This document shows positions 61,153 through 64,000 of a DNA stretch of 64,000 bases, in pieces. The position numbers and the translations under genes are program-made. The DNA lies in NCBI GenBank assembly GCA_902488455.1, contig CABTWG010000002.1, positions 4,324-68,323 on the forward strand. Direction: 5' to 3'. Position 1 is the first letter of the stretch, and each line of letters opens with the position of its first letter. Source of the DNA: an uncultured Peptoniphilus sp. GTDB lineage: Bacteria > Bacillota > Clostridia > Tissierellales > Peptoniphilaceae. The notes below the pieces were generated by a model that did no database searches, was not told the origin of the DNA, and saw only the letters and a program-made list of their open reading frames with translations.

Positions 61153-62980
61153 ATTTTTTTAGTATCTCCATAAATTCTTCCCCAGTTATGGTTTCTTTGG
61201 TCAATAGGTAGTTTGCTATTTCGTGAAGTGCGTTTATGTTTTCTTTTAGTATGTCTATCGCCTTTATGTGGGCTGCTTCTATGAGTTTCTTGACTGCTAG
61301 GTCGATGTCGTAGGCTGTCTTGTCACTTACTGTCATATTTGCATCTCCGCCTAGGTATCTGTTGTTTACTTCTGCCATGGCTACAAATCCAAATTCTTCG
61401 CTCATTCCAAATCTTGTGATCATGGATTTTGCGATCTTGGTTGCTTGTTCGATGTCGTTGCTTGCGCCTGTGGTTGATAGTCCAAAGATGAGTTCTTCTG
61501 CTGATCTTCCTCCTGTCAAGGTGACGATCTTGTTGAAGAGTTCATCCTTTGACATCAAGAATTTTTCTTCTTCGTCTACTTGCATGGTGTATCCCAATGC
61601 TCCTGATGTACGTGGAACTATGGTTATCTTATGCACCGGCGCTGAGTCGCTCTGTCTTGCTGCTACTAATGCGTGGCCAACTTCGTGGTATGCGATGATT
61701 TCTTTTTCCCTTGGAGAGATGACTGCGTTCTTTCTTTCATATCCTGCTAGCACCACTTCCACTGACTCTTCTATATCTTTTTGAGTCATTGCAGTTCTTC
61801 CCTGTCTTACTGCTCTTAGTGCTGCTTCGTTAATCATGTTTGCAAGATCTGCTCCTGATGCTCCTGCTGTTGCAAGTGCTATCTGTTTGTAATCGATATT
61901 AGCTTCTCTTCTTACCTTCTTGGCGTGAAGTCTTAAGATTTTTTCTCTTCCTACTAAGTCCGGTAGTTCTACTGGGATTCTTCTGTCGAATCTGCCTGGT
62001 CTTAGAAGTGCTGGGTCCAGTGAATCTGGTCTATTTGTTGCTGCTAGGATTACTACTCCAAGCTTGGAATCGAATCCGTCCATTTCTGATAGAAGTTGGT
62101 TCAAGGTTTGTTCTCTTTCGTCATTGCCTGAGAATCCTGCTCCGTCTCTCTTCTTACCGATGGTGTCGATTTCGTCGATAAACACGATACATGGTGCTTT
62201 TTCTTGTGCTTGTTTAAATAGATCTCTTACCTTCGCCGCTCCAAGTCCTACGAACATTTCTACGAATTCTGAACCTGATATTGAAAAGAATGGCACGTTT
62301 GCCTCTCCTGCAACTGCTTGTGCAAGTAGGGTCTTACCTGTTCCTGGAGGACCTACTAGAAGTGCTCCTTTTGGAAGTTTCGCTCCTATGTCTGCATACT
62401 TCTTTGGTGAGTGCAAAAAGTCTACCAATTCTTTAAGTGCTTCTTTAGCTTCATCTTGTCCTTCCACGTTGTCGAAGGTGATTCCATCAGTACTTTTTAC
62501 GTAGATCTTTGCATTGCTCTTTCCAAAGCTCATCGGACCTACTCCGCCGTCTCCAAACTTCTTAAACAGTGTCCTTGAAAGCAGTTGTCCCATTACTACA
62601 AATAGCACCACCATGGAAACCATGTAGATGATATTTCCAAGGATAGGATTTAGTTGTGCTGGGAATACCCTGTCAGTCTTGGCTCCTGATTCTATAAGTC
62701 TGTTGGCTAAGAATGGATCTTCCATTCTGATGGTCTTGTTTATTACGTTTTTGTCGTCTGTCTTCAAGGTGAAGTTGATCTCTCTGTCCTTGACCTCTAC
62801 TTCTTTTACCTTTTCATCTTTTAAGTATCTCGCAAATGTTACATAGTCTACGTTATTTATCTTTTCCTCTTGAGCTCCTGTGTAGTACGGTCTTATGAAT
62901 AGAGGAACTGCTAGTATAGCTATGACTGCAATTATATAGTAGGCAAGTTTAAACTTGTTTACTTTGTTGTCTTTTTTGAT
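61145..62980 (-). CDS. ftsH: ATP-dependent zinc metalloprotease FtsH (paralog); frame extends to a non-canonical ATC/ATT start
   Basis: GPPGTGKT, FIDEID, LLRPGRFDR, HEVGH; first TM encoded upstream of the ORF-track start at 62767. Confidence 0.92.
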   Translation of the reverse strand: MKKDNKVNKFKLAYYIIAVIAILAVPLFIRPYYTGAQEEKINNVDYVTFARYLKDEKVKEVEVKDREINFTLKTDDKNVINKTIRMEDPFLANRLIESGAKTDRVFPAQLNPILGNIIYMVSMVVLFVVMGQLLSRTLFKKFGDGGVGPMSFGKSNAKIYVKSTDGITFDNVEGQDEAKEALKELVDFLHSPKKYADIGAKLPKGALLVGPPGTGKTLLAQAVAGEANVPFFSISGSEFVEMFVGLGAAKVRDLFKQAQEKAPCIVFIDEIDTIGKKRDGAGFSGNDEREQTLNQLLSEMDGFDSKLGVVILAATNRPDSLDPALLRPGRFDRRIPVELPDLVGREKILRLHAKKVRREANIDYKQIALATAGASGADLANMINEAALRAVRQGRTAMTQKDIEESVEVVLAGYERKNAVISPREKEIIAYHEVGHALVAARQSDSAPVHKITIVPRTSGALGYTMQVDEEEKFLMSKDELFNKIVTLTGGRSAEELIFGLSTTGASNDIEQATKIAKSMITRFGMSEEFGFVAMAEVNNRYLGGDANMTVSDKTAYDIDLAVKKLIEAAHIKAIDILKENINALHEIANYLLTKETITGEEFMEILKKYE

Positions 62981-63193
62981 AATATCACCTCATTTATTGT
63001 TAAATATATTTTACCTTATTTTACCTTTATAATCTATGAAAATTATTTAAAATATATTTCACGATACATAATCTATACCCAAATTTATACCAATTGAATA
63101 GAGTTGCTCTTAATGATATAATGTTTATTAAATTATTTATTTAATTAACTAAAAGAAGGGGTGAAACAGGAAGGGTTGTCCCAACCTTGTAAA

Positions 63194-64000
63194 ATGACAG
63201 ATAACAACAAGAAAAGAGATTCATTTAGAAGCCAGTGGGGATTCATACTGGCGTGCATTGGTTCTGCTGTAGGAATGGGAAATATTTGGATGTTCCCGAT
63301 AAGAGTCCACAAGTTCGGCGGATTTACATTTTTGATTCCATATATATTTTTTGTAATTGTAATCGGATATTCAGGAATCGTTGAAGAAATGGCGCTGGGC
63401 AGAGGTTTAAAAGCTGGACCTAGAGGTGCTTTTTTAAAAGCGACTGAAAGCCGCGGCTCCCAAGCCGGTAAGTACATCGGTCTTATTCCAGTTATAGGAT
63501 CATTTGCAATTGCAATTGGTTACACTGTAGTCGTCGGCTGGATAATCAGATTTTTAGTCGGCTCTTTGACTGAATCCATGATAGCTGCAGAAGACTCAGG
63601 TGCATACTTCGGAGCTATTGCAGGTCCATACGGATCAGTAGTTTGGCACGCAGTCGCCATAATTTTGTGCATGATTATAATGTCCTATGGAATTGGAGCT
63701 GGTATTGAAAAAGTAAACAAATTTATGATGCCTGCATTCTTTCTATTCTTTATAATCCTTGCAATAAAGGTCGCATTACTACCAGGCTCGAAAGAAGGAT
63801 ATAACTTTTTATTCTCACCAGATTTTTCTGAACTTAAAGATCCACAAATTTGGATTTACGGACTTGGACAGGCGTTCTTCTCCCTATCCCTTGCTGGATC
63901 AGGTACGGTTGTCTACGGTTCTTACTTAAGCGACGAAGATAATATTTTATACTCAGCTAAATGGACAGCAATCTTCGATACAATAGCGGCGATGCTTGCA
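63194..64000 (+). CDS. Sodium-dependent amino acid transporter (NSS/SNF family), runs off window end
   Basis: Manual translation: MTDNNKKRDSFRSQWGFILACIGSAVGMGNIWMFP...GQAFFSLSLAG. Confidence 0.92.
   Translation, partial: MTDNNKKRDSFRSQWGFILACIGSAVGMGNIWMFPIRVHKFGGFTFLIPYIFFVIVIGYSGIVEEMALGRGLKAGPRGAFLKATESRGSQAGKYIGLIPVIGSFAIAIGYTVVVGWIIRFLVGSLTESMIAAEDSGAYFGAIAGPYGSVVWHAVAIILCMIIMSYGIGAGIEKVNKFMMPAFFLFFIILAIKVALLPGSKEGYNFLFSPDFSELKDPQIWIYGLGQAFFSLSLAGSGTVVYGSYLSDEDNILYSAKWTAIFDTIAAMLA

Overview
Ordinary chromosomal window (no prophage, CRISPR array or intact IS) of a low-GC anaerobic Firmicute. Gene order and the ferredoxin sequence suggest Tissierellia/Peptoniphilaceae, which is an inference. 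Most genes lie on the minus strand. Housekeeping blocks: phoH-ybeY-dgkA-cdd-era-recO-glyQS-ccpN-yqfL-dGTPase-dnaG-rpoD-trmK-Nif3; dnaX-ybaB-recR; fakA-recG-rsmD-coaD; infC-rpmI-rplT-ktrBA; prfB; oppDFBCA; two brnQ; tex; tRNA-Ser(GGA); large SRP RNA; an ftsH paralog. Less ordinary parts: (1) an 11-gene block at 17.4-27.2 kb (rhodanese lipoprotein, DUF2064/TIGR04282-kinase fusion, two TVP38/DedA, TIGR04283-like glycosyltransferase, Fe-S/CCG protein, YnjBCD-like ABC importer, nucleoside hydrolase) that reads like an uncharacterised uptake-activate-transfer pathway; (2) a family of 16-18 bp parS/NBS-like palindromes arrayed at 30.4-30.6 kb and 59.95-60.0 kb, the second inside an inverted-repeat-bounded element, with a local strand-composition flip apparently centred on both sites; (3) a nurA-herA pair coupled to rsmI; (4) an ftsH that needs a non-canonical start codon; (5) a candidate promoter-driven sRNA at 49.4-49.5 kb. 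All assignments come from reading motifs by eye; no searches were run.
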